A DNA stretch of 64,000 bases from an uncultured Solirubrobacterales bacterium (GCA_963706605.1 OY970165.1:2175517-2239516), one strand, 5' to 3'; numbered from the stretch's first letter, positions 9,747 to 21,879 are shown. Notes: a model not told the origin generated them from the letters alone. Numbers and translations are program-made.

Positions 9747-9782
9747 GCCCGCATTCCGCTCTAGCAAGCCCTCTCCAACAGA

Positions 9783-9811
9783 AAACGCCCCGCCGGGGAG
9801 GCGAGGCGTTT
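9783..9811 (+). terminator. Hairpin terminator candidate (A-tract / stem / T-tract, possibly bidirectional)
   Basis: AAACGCC-C-CGCC-GGGGA-GGCG-A-GGCGTTT followed by CT. Confidence 0.45.
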
Positions 9812-10136
9812 CTGGGGTTACTACAGGGAGGAGAGATATGTATCTCTATATATGTGGATCCGTGGGAGGTAGGTGAGCCCTTATGTGCCGCGGAGCAAGT
9901 TGATGGGAGTCAACTGCCATATGAGCGGCGCCAGACCCGACCAGGAAGATTTTCGTTCAGCCTTTCATCGGTTTCTCTCGCGAATCCTTGAATCAAGATA
10001 CGAACATACGTGCGATTTGTGTGTGAGGCGAGTCACAGAGGCCCGATTGCCCGCCTCTGGGGCTCTGTTCGGCGATTCTTCTACCCAATTCTAAGGTCTC
10101 GCTAAACATCTGGCAAGGGCTTTCTCGGGCCTCGGG

Positions 10137-10952
10137 GTGGACGGCTGTACCGTTCCTGCGTGGCCAATGGGTTCTAAGGCGCGAATAGACGCGGTTCTGG
10201 CCGAACGGGGTCTTTTCCCGTCGCGTTCCGCCGCCGCCGGCGCGGTTCGCGCCGGCGAGGTCCGGGTCGGTGAGGACGGGCCTGTGGCGCTCCGTCCCAG
10301 CCAGCTCGTCGATCCCGCGGCCGACTTCCGGGTCGAGGAGGGCCCGCGCTTCGTCTCCCGCGGTGGGATCAAGCTCGACAACGGGCTGACGACCATCGGC
10401 ATCGACGCCACCGGGCGCGATTGCCTCGACGTCGGCGCCTCGACCGGCGGCTTCACCGACTGCCTTCTGCAGCGCGGCGCTGCACGGGTCGTGGCGCTTG
10501 ACGTCGCCTTTGGACAGCTCGACCTGCGCATGCGGGAGGATCCCCGCGTGACCGTGATCGAGCGGCTCAACGCGCGCGCCCTAGCCCCGTCGGACCTGCC
10601 CTTTCAGCCGGACCTGGTCACCGTCGACGTCTCCTTCATCTCCTTGACCAAGGTGCTGCCGGCCGTGGCCGGCTGCCTCGCACCCGCGGGCGATGTGCTG
10701 GCGATGGTCAAGCCCCAGTTCGAGCTGGGGCGCGAGCGGGTCCGCAAGGGCGTCGTCCGTGACGCCGCCGACCGCCGTGAGGCGATCCTCTCGGTGGCGC
10801 GGGCGGCCGATGAGCTCGGCCTGCCCGTCCGCGGCTTCGCCGCCTCCGGCCTGCCTGGGCCAAAGGGCAACCGCGAGACCTTCGTCTGGTGTGGAGGGGC
10901 CGGTGAGTCACCCATGGACCTTGAGGCGGCGATCCGCGAGGTCGAGCCTTGA
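10137..10952 (+). CDS. tlyA: TlyA-family rRNA (cytidine-2'-O)-methyltransferase
   Basis: S4-like N-terminus (RIDAVLAERGLFPSRSAAAGAVRAGEVRV) followed by an FtsJ-type SAM motif (CLDVGASTGGFTDCLLQRGAARVVALDV). Confidence 0.85.
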   Translation: MDGCTVPAWPMGSKARIDAVLAERGLFPSRSAAAGAVRAGEVRVGEDGPVALRPSQLVDPAADFRVEEGPRFVSRGGIKLDNGLTTIGIDATGRDCLDVGASTGGFTDCLLQRGAARVVALDVAFGQLDLRMREDPRVTVIERLNARALAPSDLPFQPDLVTVDVSFISLTKVLPAVAGCLAPAGDVLAMVKPQFELGRERVRKGVVRDAADRREAILSVARAADELGLPVRGFAASGLPGPKGNRETFVWCGGAGESPMDLEAAIREVEP

Positions 10953-11800
10953 GCGAGCGTGTCGCGGCCCTGATCACCCATTCGCACCCACCCGCCGCGA
11001 CCGACGCGGTGGCGGTGGCGGTCGCCGCCGCCGAGGAGGCGGGTTGGCGCTTGGTGGCCACATCTGAGGAGGCGGCAAAGCACGGTGAGGCTGCCGCCGG
11101 CCTCGAAGCCGTCGACTCACTGCCCCGTCAGCTCGACCTCTGCGTCGTGCTCGGCGGCGACGGCTCGATCCTCTACGCGCTGCGCCACTTCGCCCGCAGC
11201 GGCGTCCCGGTTTTCGGGGTCAACTTCGGCACCGTCGGGTTTCTCGCCGCGGTCGAGCGCGCCGACGCCGGCGAGGGGATGCGGCGCGCCTTTGCCGGTG
11301 AGACCGAGGAGATCGACCTGCCCGGTCTCGAGCTCGAGATCGGGGGTGAGACGAGGGTCGCCTTCAACGACGTCAGCTTCATCCGCCGCCCCCACGAGCG
11401 GGTCGCCGAGCTGAGCTACAAGATCGCCGGTGAGGAGGTCGGCCACGTCCGCTGCGACGGGCTGGTCGCCGCCACCCCGGTCGGCTCCACGGGCTACAAC
11501 CTCGCCAACAGCGGCCCGATCCTCGCCTGGGGGGTGAGGGGCTACGTGGTCAGCTACATCGCCCCACACTCCTTGACCGCACGGGCACTCGTCGTGGCGC
11601 CCGGCGACGTCCTCCACGTCGGCAACGCCGGGGGACGCGAGCCCGTCGACGTCGCCATCGACGGGGCGCCCGCGGGCAGGTTGGAGTCCGGGGAAGCACT
11701 GGGGGTCACCTTCGCCGAGGGCGTCGGGCGGCTCGCGCAGCTGCCGGGGACGAGCTTCTACCAGCGGATACGCGAGAAGTTCGGCCATCTAGCCGTTTAG
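10949..11800 (+). CDS. nadK: NAD+ kinase
   Basis: VVLGGDGSILYALRHFARSGVPVFGVNFGTVGFLA and ATPVGSTGYNLANSGPIL motifs. TTGA overlap with tlyA. Confidence 0.85.
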   Translation: MSERVAALITHSHPPAATDAVAVAVAAAEEAGWRLVATSEEAAKHGEAAAGLEAVDSLPRQLDLCVVLGGDGSILYALRHFARSGVPVFGVNFGTVGFLAAVERADAGEGMRRAFAGETEEIDLPGLELEIGGETRVAFNDVSFIRRPHERVAELSYKIAGEEVGHVRCDGLVAATPVGSTGYNLANSGPILAWGVRGYVVSYIAPHSLTARALVVAPGDVLHVGNAGGREPVDVAIDGAPAGRLESGEALGVTFAEGVGRLAQLPGTSFYQRIREKFGHLAV

Positions 11801-11832
11801 GGCGACCTCAGCGGTTGTCTAGGGTTTGCTCG

Positions 11833-13356
11833 ATGGAGCGCAAATGGTGGACCCTCGTCCTGAGCTCGATCGCGACGTTCATGCTGCTGCTGGACATCAC
11901 GGTCGTCAACGTCGCCCTGCCCGACATCCAGCGCGATCTCGGCGCCAGCCTCTCCAGCCTGCAGTGGGTGGTCGATGCCTACTCGCTGATGCTCGCCGTC
12001 TTCCTACTGACGGCGGGGTCGCTGGGTGACCGACTCGGGCGCCGTCGCGTCTTCTCGCTCGGTCTCGGCCTCTTCACCTTTGCCTCCTTCCTCTGTGGGA
12101 TCGCCGGCGATCCCACCCTGCTCAATCTGGCGCGCGGCCTGCAGGGGATCGGCGGGGCCGCGATGTTCGCCACCTCTCTCGCCCTGATCGGCCAGGAGTT
12201 CCACGGAAAAGACCGGGCGACCGCATTCGGGGTCTGGGGCGCGACGGTCGGCGGCGCCGTCGCGATCGGTCCCCTGGTCGGCGGCCTGATCACCGAGCAC
12301 CTTGGCTGGGAGTGGATCTTCTTCGTCAATATCCCAATCGGCGTCATCGCGGTCGCGCTGACCGAGGCGAAGCTCGCCAACGTCGCCGCTCAGGATCCCG
12401 AGCGAATCGACCTGCCTGGGCTGGCCACCTTCTCCGGCGGCCTCTTCCTGCTCATCTTCGGGCTGATCCGCGGCAACCCCGAGGGCTGGGGCAGCCCCGT
12501 GATCGTCGCCTCGCTCGCCGGCTCGGCGGCGCTCCTGCTCGCCTTCGTGGTGATCGAGGCGAGCAGCAACCACCCGATGCTCGACCTCGCCCTCTTCCGC
12601 AAACCGGCCTTCAACGGCGTCTCGGCGGTCGCCTTCGGCCTCTCCGGGGGGATGTTCGCAATGTTCCTCTACCTGACGATCTACATGCAGGGAGTGCTCG
12701 ACTACTCGCCGCTGGAGACCGGGCTGAGGTTCCTGCCGCTCACCGTGCTCTCCTTCGTCGTCGCGCCGATCTCCGGCAAGCTCTCCGAGTGGGTGCCGAT
12801 CCGCGTTCTCGTCGGCATCGGCCTTGGCCTGGTCGGGGTCGGGCTGCTGCTGATGCACGGGCTCGACCCAGGTTCGGATGTCTCGGCCCTGCTGCCCGGT
12901 TTCCTGGTCGCCGGGGTGGGGATCGGCACCGTCAACCCCAACATCGGCCAGGCGGCGATCGCCGTCGTGCCCGCGGCAAAGGCCGGGATGGGCTCGGGGA
13001 TCAACACGACCTTTCGCCAGGTCGGGATCGCCACCGGCGTCGCCTCGCTCGGCGCGGTCTTCCAGTCCCAGATCGACTCGAAGCTCTCCAGTCTGCTGCC
13101 GAACGCGCCGCCCGGGCTCGCCGAAGTCGTCTCCTCCGGTGGCTCGCGCGCCGCCGCCAACGTCGCCCCACCCGCTCAGCGGCCCGAGATCGTGCATGCG
13201 GCGAAGGTCGCCTTCGTCAGCGGCTTCAACGAGATCCTCCTGATCGGCGCGATCCTCTCCTTCGTCGGCGCCGCCCTCGGCTTCGCCCTCGTTCGCGCCG
13301 GCGATTTCGTCCAATCCGCGCCTGGGCCAGAGGCGGCGGAGGCGGTCCCGGCGTAA
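11833..13356 (+). CDS. MFS transporter, DHA2 (EmrB/QacA-like, ~14 TMS)
   Basis: MERKWWTLVLSSIATFMLLLDITVVNVALPDIQRDLGAS...GSLGDRLGRRRVF is typical of the DHA2 family. The protein is hydrophobic throughout. Start chosen at ATG 11833 inside ORF 11815..13356. Confidence 0.8.
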   Translation: MERKWWTLVLSSIATFMLLLDITVVNVALPDIQRDLGASLSSLQWVVDAYSLMLAVFLLTAGSLGDRLGRRRVFSLGLGLFTFASFLCGIAGDPTLLNLARGLQGIGGAAMFATSLALIGQEFHGKDRATAFGVWGATVGGAVAIGPLVGGLITEHLGWEWIFFVNIPIGVIAVALTEAKLANVAAQDPERIDLPGLATFSGGLFLLIFGLIRGNPEGWGSPVIVASLAGSAALLLAFVVIEASSNHPMLDLALFRKPAFNGVSAVAFGLSGGMFAMFLYLTIYMQGVLDYSPLETGLRFLPLTVLSFVVAPISGKLSEWVPIRVLVGIGLGLVGVGLLLMHGLDPGSDVSALLPGFLVAGVGIGTVNPNIGQAAIAVVPAAKAGMGSGINTTFRQVGIATGVASLGAVFQSQIDSKLSSLLPNAPPGLAEVVSSGGSRAAANVAPPAQRPEIVHAAKVAFVSGFNEILLIGAILSFVGAALGFALVRAGDFVQSAPGPEAAEAVPA

Positions 13357-13387
13357 GTCGATCCGCTTCCACTGCTACTAAGAGGGC

Positions 13388-15070
13388 GTGCTGCGCGAGC
13401 TTCGCATCGAGAACCTGCTGCTGATCGAGAAGGCCGAATTGCGGCTGGGGGAGGGGCTGAACGCGATCACCGGCGAGACCGGTGCCGGCAAGACCGTGCT
13501 GGCTCACTCGCTCGACCTGCTGATGGGAGGCAAGGCGCGGCCGCAGATCGTCCGGCCGGGTGCCGAGGAGGCCTGGGTCGAGGGCGTCTTCGACCTGCCC
13601 GAGGGGTTGCTGGCTGAGCCTGGGATGGGTGAGATCGCGGAACGCCTGCCCGAGGATGCGGAGGAGATCGTGCTGGGGCGCCGTGTCTCGGCCTCGGGGC
13701 GGACCGCCGCCTTTCTCGCCGGGCGCGCCGCCTCCGCGTCGGACCTGAAGCTGTTGGGCGGCAGGCTGCTCGCCTTCTACGGTCAGCACGAGCACCGCAA
13801 GCTGACCATCTCCTCGGCCCAGACGGAGGTGCTCGACGGCTTTGCCGGCGCCGACCATCTGGCCTTGCGCGGGCGTTATCGCGAGGCGCACCGCGAGTGT
13901 GCACGGCTGGAGACGGAGCTCGCCGAGCTGCGCGAGCGCGACGGGTCCCGCGAGCGCGACCTTGACCTCTATCGCTATGAGCTCTCGGAGATCGAGGAGG
14001 TGGCGCCCGACCCGGCGGAGGAGGTGGAGCTGTCCGTCGAGCGCCAGCGACTGCGCTATGCCGAGGGGCTGCGAGGGGCTGCGATCGGCGCCCTGGCGGG
14101 CGCAGTTGGGGCTGATGAGGACGGTGGTGGCGCGACGAGTGTTCTGGCCGAGGCCGAGTCGATGCTGCACGGGGTCGCCGGCGTCGACGCCGACCTCGAT
14201 GCGCTCGCCGAGCGCCTCGGTGCTCTCGCTGTCGAGCTGAGCGACGTCGGCGGCGAGCTGCGCTCCTACCTGGACAGAATCGAAGCCGACCCTGGCCGGC
14301 TGGCCGAGGTCGAGGAGCGGCTCGAGGCGATCGAGCGGCTGAAGCGCAAGCACGGCGGCAGCGTCGAGTCGGTGCTGGACCATGCCGAGCGCTGCCGGGC
14401 CGAGATCGGACGACTGCAGGGTGCCGAGACCCGTGGCGCCGAGGCGCAGGCCGCCCTGGCAGAGGCGGAAGCGAGCCGGGCGAAGCTGGGCAAGCAGCTG
14501 AGCAAGGGTCGCGCCGCCGCCGCCGGTCCGCTGAGCGAGAAGGTCGCGGCGGAGCTGGAGCGGCTGGCGATGCCGGGGGCGATCCTCGAGGTCGAGCTGA
14601 CGCCCCATGCGGAGGGCTTCGGCCCGAACGGATGCGAGGCGGTGGAGCTGCTGGTTGCGCCGAACCCCGGGATCGAGGCGGCGCCGCTGCGTGACGCGGC
14701 CTCGGGCGGCGAGCTCTCGCGGGTGATGCTGGCGCTGACCGGGCTGGGGGAGGGGGCCGGCGCCGGCACGCTGGTCTTCGACGAGATCGATGCCGGGGTC
14801 GGCGGCAAGACCGCCCGCGTCGTCGGCGAGCGCCTGCGCGCCCTCGGCGAGGGACGCCAGGTCCTCTGCATCACCCACCTGCCGCAGGTCGCCTCGCTGG
14901 CGGGGACCCACTTCCGGCTGGAGAAGGATCTGGCCGGGGAGCGCGCGACCGCCGAGGTGCAGCGCCTCGACGGTGAGGGAGTGGTCGAGGAGATCCGTCG
15001 CATGCTCGGCGGCGAGAGCTCCGACGAGGCTGCCGACCGCCACGCTCGCGAGCTGCTTGCCGCCGCCTGA
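13388..15070 (+). CDS. recN: DNA repair protein RecN
   Basis: MLRELRIENLLLIEKAELRLGEGLNAITGETGAGKTVL (Walker A), a long coiled coil, and C-terminal ASGGELSRVMLAL...LVFDEIDAGVGG. Confidence 0.9.
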   Translation: MLRELRIENLLLIEKAELRLGEGLNAITGETGAGKTVLAHSLDLLMGGKARPQIVRPGAEEAWVEGVFDLPEGLLAEPGMGEIAERLPEDAEEIVLGRRVSASGRTAAFLAGRAASASDLKLLGGRLLAFYGQHEHRKLTISSAQTEVLDGFAGADHLALRGRYREAHRECARLETELAELRERDGSRERDLDLYRYELSEIEEVAPDPAEEVELSVERQRLRYAEGLRGAAIGALAGAVGADEDGGGATSVLAEAESMLHGVAGVDADLDALAERLGALAVELSDVGGELRSYLDRIEADPGRLAEVEERLEAIERLKRKHGGSVESVLDHAERCRAEIGRLQGAETRGAEAQAALAEAEASRAKLGKQLSKGRAAAAGPLSEKVAAELERLAMPGAILEVELTPHAEGFGPNGCEAVELLVAPNPGIEAAPLRDAASGGELSRVMLALTGLGEGAGAGTLVFDEIDAGVGGKTARVVGERLRALGEGRQVLCITHLPQVASLAGTHFRLEKDLAGERATAEVQRLDGEGVVEEIRRMLGGESSDEAADRHARELLAAA

Positions 15071-15110
15071 GGGCGCTGACACCGCTTGCCAGAGCGGTTA
15101 GTCTGCTCTC

Positions 15111-16298
15111 GTGGCCACTGCCAGTCACCGTCGCTTCCCTGCATTGCTCTCATCTCGAAATGGGGTATCCGTCGATACCGCGATCAGCGGCACGGCCCGC
15201 CTCGGTCGGCGCACCAAGGACCTCGTCAAGCGGCTGCGTCCCGGCGATATCGCCGTCATCGACCACGTCAACATCGACCGGATCGCCGCAGAGGAGCTGA
15301 TCGCGACCGGCGTCCGCGTCGTCGTCAACGCCGCCGAGTCCTCTGACGATCGCTATCCGAACGCCGGTCCGCTGCTGCTGGTGCGGGCCGGGGTGGTGCT
15401 GATCGACGCCACCGACACGAATCCCTTCGATCTGCTCGAAGACGGTGTCCAGGTCGCGGTCACCGACGGTGTGATCAGCGTTCGCGGCAAGGAGCTGGTG
15501 CGCGGCAGGACACTGGAGATCACCGAGTTGGAGCAGCGCCTCGCGGGACAGCGCGAGCGGGTCGACGAGGCGCTCGCCGAGTTCGCCGAGAACACCGTCG
15601 CCCACGTTCGTCAGGAGACCGACCTGCTGACCGGCGCGATCGAGTTTCCGGCGACGCGGACCTCGTTCCGCGACCGCCATGTGCTGATCGTCGTACGCGG
15701 CGAAGGCCACCGGCGTGATCTGAAGGCATTGCGTGCCTACGTCCGCGACGTCCGCCCGATCGTCGTCGCCGTCGATGGCGGCGCTGACGGCGCGCTGGAA
15801 GCGGGTCTCAAGCCGGACGTCATCCTCGGCGACATGGACTCGGCCGGTGACGAGGCGCTGCGCTGCGGGGCGGAGCTGATCGTCCACGCCTACCCCGACG
15901 GCCGGGCGCCGGGCCGGGAGCGGTTGCTGGAGCTTGACCTGCCGCACACGCTGGTGCCGGCCGCCGGGACCAGTGAGGACGTCGCGATGCTGATGGCCTT
16001 CGAGAAGGGGGCCGACCTGATCGTCAGCGTCGGCGCCCACTTCAACCTGATCGAGTTCCTCGACCGCAACCGCGGCGGCATGTCCTCGACCTTCCTGACG
16101 CGGTTGCGGATCGGCGAGAAGCTGGTCGACGCGAAGGGCGTCAGCCGCCTCTACAACCCAGGCTCGGGATTTGGCCCCGTGGTCCTCTTCCTCGTCGCCT
16201 TCGCCATCCTGCTGACGATCGTGGTGATCACCTCGCCGGCGCTCAACGACCTCTCGCAGCTGGTCTGGCTGAAGATCAGGATCTGGCTTGGCCTGTAG
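15111..16298 (+). CDS. steA: SteA-like cytokinesis-associated protein (thiamine-pyrophosphokinase-like domain + C-terminal TM)
   Basis: GTARLGRRTKDLVKRLRPGDIAVIDHVNIDRIAAEELI..., DVILGDMDS, and a C-terminal TM segment. The position after recN matches actinobacterial synteny. Confidence 0.7.
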   Translation: MATASHRRFPALLSSRNGVSVDTAISGTARLGRRTKDLVKRLRPGDIAVIDHVNIDRIAAEELIATGVRVVVNAAESSDDRYPNAGPLLLVRAGVVLIDATDTNPFDLLEDGVQVAVTDGVISVRGKELVRGRTLEITELEQRLAGQRERVDEALAEFAENTVAHVRQETDLLTGAIEFPATRTSFRDRHVLIVVRGEGHRRDLKALRAYVRDVRPIVVAVDGGADGALEAGLKPDVILGDMDSAGDEALRCGAELIVHAYPDGRAPGRERLLELDLPHTLVPAAGTSEDVAMLMAFEKGADLIVSVGAHFNLIEFLDRNRGGMSSTFLTRLRIGEKLVDAKGVSRLYNPGSGFGPVVLFLVAFAILLTIVVITSPALNDLSQLVWLKIRIWLGL

Positions 16299-16334
16299 CG
16301 GTGTGCCGGGCGACCAACTAGCCTTCGGCCGCTG

Positions 16335-17201
16335 ATGGGTTACAGCGCGCGCTACCACGCCACGTCGCTGATCGCTGTCTTCCTCGCTTTGGCGATCGGG
16401 ATCCTGATCGGCGCCGAGTTCGGCGGCGAAACGCTGTCGAACACGCGCAAGGACCTCGAGCACAGCCTCACCGGCAACCTCCAGGATGCTCGCGCCCGCG
16501 CCGACCAGCTGGGCGGCGAACTGGGGCGGGCCGACGAGTTCTCCAGCCGCGTCTACCCGGTCCTCGTGCGCGACCAGCTGCGCGGGCGGCGGATAGGGCT
16601 GATCGCCTTCGGCGATTTGCCGGGCGACGTGTCCGGGGCGATCGAGGAAGCGCTGGCGCCGACCGGGGCGCGCCTGGTCGGGGTCGGGGTCGTGCGCGAG
16701 CCGGTCGACGTCCACTCCCTGGGCGGCGATCTCTCGAAGACTCGCTTTGCCGACATCGCCAACAACACCGATACCCAGACCACCCTCGGGGTCGGGATCG
16801 GTCGCCAGCTCGTCCGCGGTGGCACGCTGCTGGAGCCGATTCGCAGCCAGTTCTTCTCGAGGGCCAGCGGCAACTTTGGCGCGCTCGACGGCGTCATCGT
16901 CGTTCGCGACCAGCCGCAGGACATGGGCCCGGTGCAGCGCGGCGTCGCCGGTCGGATCGAGTCCGGGCTGGCGAGCGGCATCACGGGCACCCACACGCCG
17001 GCGGTCGGGGTCGAGGACTCCGAAGCCGAACCGTCGTCGATCTCTTTTTTCCAGGGCAACGACCTCTCCAGCGTCGACGACGTCGACCTGGTCGCGGGGC
17101 AGCTGGCGACGGTCTTTACGCTGCTCGGCGCGGAGGGCAGCTTCGGCGTCAAGGGCAGCGCCGACCGCCTGCTCCCCGACCTGCTCGCGCCGCACCGCTA
17201 G
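16335..17201 (+). CDS. MctB/copper-transporter-family (SteB-position) membrane-anchored protein
   Basis: N-terminus MGYSARYHATSLIAVFLALAIGILIGAEFG followed by a coiled segment. The position between steA and pyrG matches mycobacteria. Confidence 0.6.
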   Translation: MGYSARYHATSLIAVFLALAIGILIGAEFGGETLSNTRKDLEHSLTGNLQDARARADQLGGELGRADEFSSRVYPVLVRDQLRGRRIGLIAFGDLPGDVSGAIEEALAPTGARLVGVGVVREPVDVHSLGGDLSKTRFADIANNTDTQTTLGVGIGRQLVRGGTLLEPIRSQFFSRASGNFGALDGVIVVRDQPQDMGPVQRGVAGRIESGLASGITGTHTPAVGVEDSEAEPSSISFFQGNDLSSVDDVDLVAGQLATVFTLLGAEGSFGVKGSADRLLPDLLAPHR

Positions 17202-17210
17202 GTCATAGCG

Positions 17211-19711
<2,501 letters not shown>

Positions 19712-19731
19712 GACGGGTTAGCCTGTCCGGC

Positions 19732-20841
19732 GTGGAGAGGCTGCATGAGACGTTCGTCAGGCTCTGCGAGATTCGCAGCCCGACCGGGGAGGAGCGCGAG
19801 GTCGCCGACACGATCGTTGCCGAGCTGAAGGCCCTCGGCCTCGATGTGAGCGAGGACGACGCGGCCGGGCCGGCCGAAGCGGGGGCCGGGAACATCGTCG
19901 CGCGACTGCCGGGCCGCTCCGACCGCTGGGTGATGTTCTGCGCCCACATCGACACCGTCCCTCACCAGGGCCAGATCGAGGTCGTCGACGACGAAGGCGT
20001 TTTTCGCAGCCGGGGCGAGACGATCCTCGGCGCCGACAACAAGGCCGCGGTCGCGGTCTTCATGGAGCTGGTCGCCCGCCACGTCACAGAGCCGCCGCCG
20101 GTCGGGATCGAGCTGCTGTTGACCGTCGCCGAGGAGCAGGGGTTGCGCGGGGCCAAAGCATTCGACCCAAGCGCCTTGCGGGCCGAGTGCGGCTTCGTCC
20201 TCGACCACGCCAGCGCAATCGGCGAGGTGATCGTCACCTCGCCCACCCAGCAGAAGGTCCTCGCCGACTTCGCCGGCGTGGAGGCGCACGCCGGGATCCG
20301 GCCCGAGGACGGCAGCAACGCGATCGCCGCCGCGGCGGCGGCGATCTCGCGGATGAAGCTGGGGCGGCTCGACGAGGAGACGACGGCCAACGTCGGGGTG
20401 ATCGCCGGCGGCACCTCGGGCAACGTCGTGCCGGGTCACTGCCGGATCACCGCCGAGGCGCGCAGTCTCGGCGCGGATCGGGCTGCCGCGGTGGCCGGGG
20501 AGCTGACCGAGGCCTGCGCCTGGGGTGCCAGCGAGCATGGTTGCGACGTCGACGTTCGGGTCGAGGAGCTGTTCCGCGGCTACGAGGTGCCGTCCGCGTC
20601 GCCTTCGTTGGGACTGGCAGAGGCGGGGCTGCGCCGCGCCGGCTTCGAGCCGCTGCGGACCTCGACCGGAGGCGGTAGCGACGCCAACGCGCTGATCCTT
20701 GCCGGCTTCGATTGTGTGCTGCTCGCCAACGGCACCGATGCCAATCACACGCCGCAGGAGAGCGTCTCGGCGCGCAACCTCGACACGATGCTCGAGGTCT
20801 GCGAAGGAATCGTCGCCGAGGCGGCCGCGGTCGCGGAGTGA
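19732..20841 (+). CDS. M20-family metallopeptidase (peptidase T-like)
   Basis: FCAHIDTVP, LGADNKAAVA and LLLTVAEEQGLRGAK motifs. Confidence 0.75.
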   Translation: MERLHETFVRLCEIRSPTGEEREVADTIVAELKALGLDVSEDDAAGPAEAGAGNIVARLPGRSDRWVMFCAHIDTVPHQGQIEVVDDEGVFRSRGETILGADNKAAVAVFMELVARHVTEPPPVGIELLLTVAEEQGLRGAKAFDPSALRAECGFVLDHASAIGEVIVTSPTQQKVLADFAGVEAHAGIRPEDGSNAIAAAAAAISRMKLGRLDEETTANVGVIAGGTSGNVVPGHCRITAEARSLGADRAAAVAGELTEACAWGASEHGCDVDVRVEELFRGYEVPSASPSLGLAEAGLRRAGFEPLRTSTGGGSDANALILAGFDCVLLANGTDANHTPQESVSARNLDTMLEVCEGIVAEAAAVAE

Positions 20842-21854
20842 GCAGGCGCCTTCAGCTGCGGCGCGGTTTCGTCGTCGGCGAGGATCCGCTGACGGTCGAG
20901 GTCGACGGGGAGAGGCGGGCCGCCTGGGCCGACACGGGCCTGCTCGGCGAGATGCTGGAGGGCGACGAGGTGGTGGTCAACGTCGCCGCGCTGGACCTCG
21001 GTCTCGGATCGGGGGGCTTTGACGTCGTCCACGTCAACCTGACCCGTGGGCTTGAGGCGGGGGGGCGCGAGGGCGGGCATGTGATGAAGCTCAACTACAG
21101 CTCCCTCCAGCATGCGGTCGAGCCGGTCGAGCGCTCGTTCGAGGAGACGGGGCGGGGGACGGTGATGCCCGTCTTGGTCCTGCCGCTGCACGGCCACCTG
21201 GCTCCCGCTGTATGGGCAGCGGCTCAGGCAGAGCCCGAAGCAAGGATCGGCTACGTGCAGACGGGGGGTGGAGCCCTACCGGGGTCTATGAGCCGGGATC
21301 TCGCCGAGTTGCGCGAGCGGGGACTGGTCTGCGGTCACGTGACCGCTGCTTCCGCCTACGGCGGCGAGCACGAGGCACTCTCGGTCGCCGGTGCCCTGGA
21401 CGCCGCTGCCGAGAGGCTTGGCTGGGAGGCGGCTGTGGTCGGCCCCGGACCCGGCATCATTGGCTCTGAGACCCGCTTGGGCCACGGTGGACTGGCGGCG
21501 CTCGACAACGCCCACGCCGCGCTGGCACTTGGCCTTCGCACGCTGCTTTCACCCCGCCTCTCCGCCGCCGACCCTCGCGAGCGCCACCGCGGCGTCAGCC
21601 ACCACACTCTGACCGTGATGCAGATGCTGCTAGGCGCGGTCGAGGTCGTCGTGCCCGCGGGCAACCCCGTTGTGACGGCGCAGCTGGCCGAGGCAGCGGC
21701 ATGGCGCCACAAGCTCGAAGAGGCTCCCGCCGATCTCGCCGGCTACGCCGCCTCGGGTCTCCCGGCCCAGACTATGGGCCGCACCCTCGATGACGACCCG
21801 CTGTTCTTCGCAGCTCCGCTGGCCGCGGGCGCCGCCTTGCGGCGCGAGGAATGA
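20838..21854 (+). CDS. DUF3866-like protein
   Basis: Start trimmed to GTG 20838 (GTGA overlap with the M20 gene). VVVNVAALDLGLGSGGFDVVHVNL resembles DUF3866. Family assignment is from memory only. Confidence 0.5.
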   Translation: MSRRLQLRRGFVVGEDPLTVEVDGERRAAWADTGLLGEMLEGDEVVVNVAALDLGLGSGGFDVVHVNLTRGLEAGGREGGHVMKLNYSSLQHAVEPVERSFEETGRGTVMPVLVLPLHGHLAPAVWAAAQAEPEARIGYVQTGGGALPGSMSRDLAELRERGLVCGHVTAASAYGGEHEALSVAGALDAAAERLGWEAAVVGPGPGIIGSETRLGHGGLAALDNAHAALALGLRTLLSPRLSAADPRERHRGVSHHTLTVMQMLLGAVEVVVPAGNPVVTAQLAEAAAWRHKLEEAPADLAGYAASGLPAQTMGRTLDDDPLFFAAPLAAGAALRREE

Positions 21855-21879
21855 GCCGCCCGCGGGAGAACCACCCCGC

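Larger units (their letters stand above)
1..9811. mobile_element. Right-hand part of an integrated phage-like element (structural remnant + lysogeny module + tyrosine integrase); left end lies outside the window
   Basis: Contains an HK97-type capsid, TP901-type tape measure, Cro/CI-type HTH, a run of small translationally coupled ORFs and a tyrosine integrase. The integrase reads towards a low-GC, hairpin-rich non-coding junction (9667-10136), which is followed by housekeeping tlyA. Confidence 0.65.

Noticed and set aside
9734-10094. ORFs 9734..9991 and 9873..10094 in the low-GC junction after the integrase.
   Set aside because: They have no RBS and no motif, the composition is atypical for coding DNA of this genome, and the region is better explained as an att or junction sequence.
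13226-15082. Very long antisense or alternative-frame ORFs overlapping well-supported genes. Examples: 13226..15082(-), 15150..17537(-), 12004..13314(-), 43936..45693(-), 53689..55503(-), 5626..7044(+), 41250..42596(+), 42103..43662(-).
   Set aside because: These are typical high-GC shadow ORFs. They are Arg/Pro/Gly/Asp-rich with no recognisable motifs. Each lies opposite or out of frame to a gene with clear family signatures.
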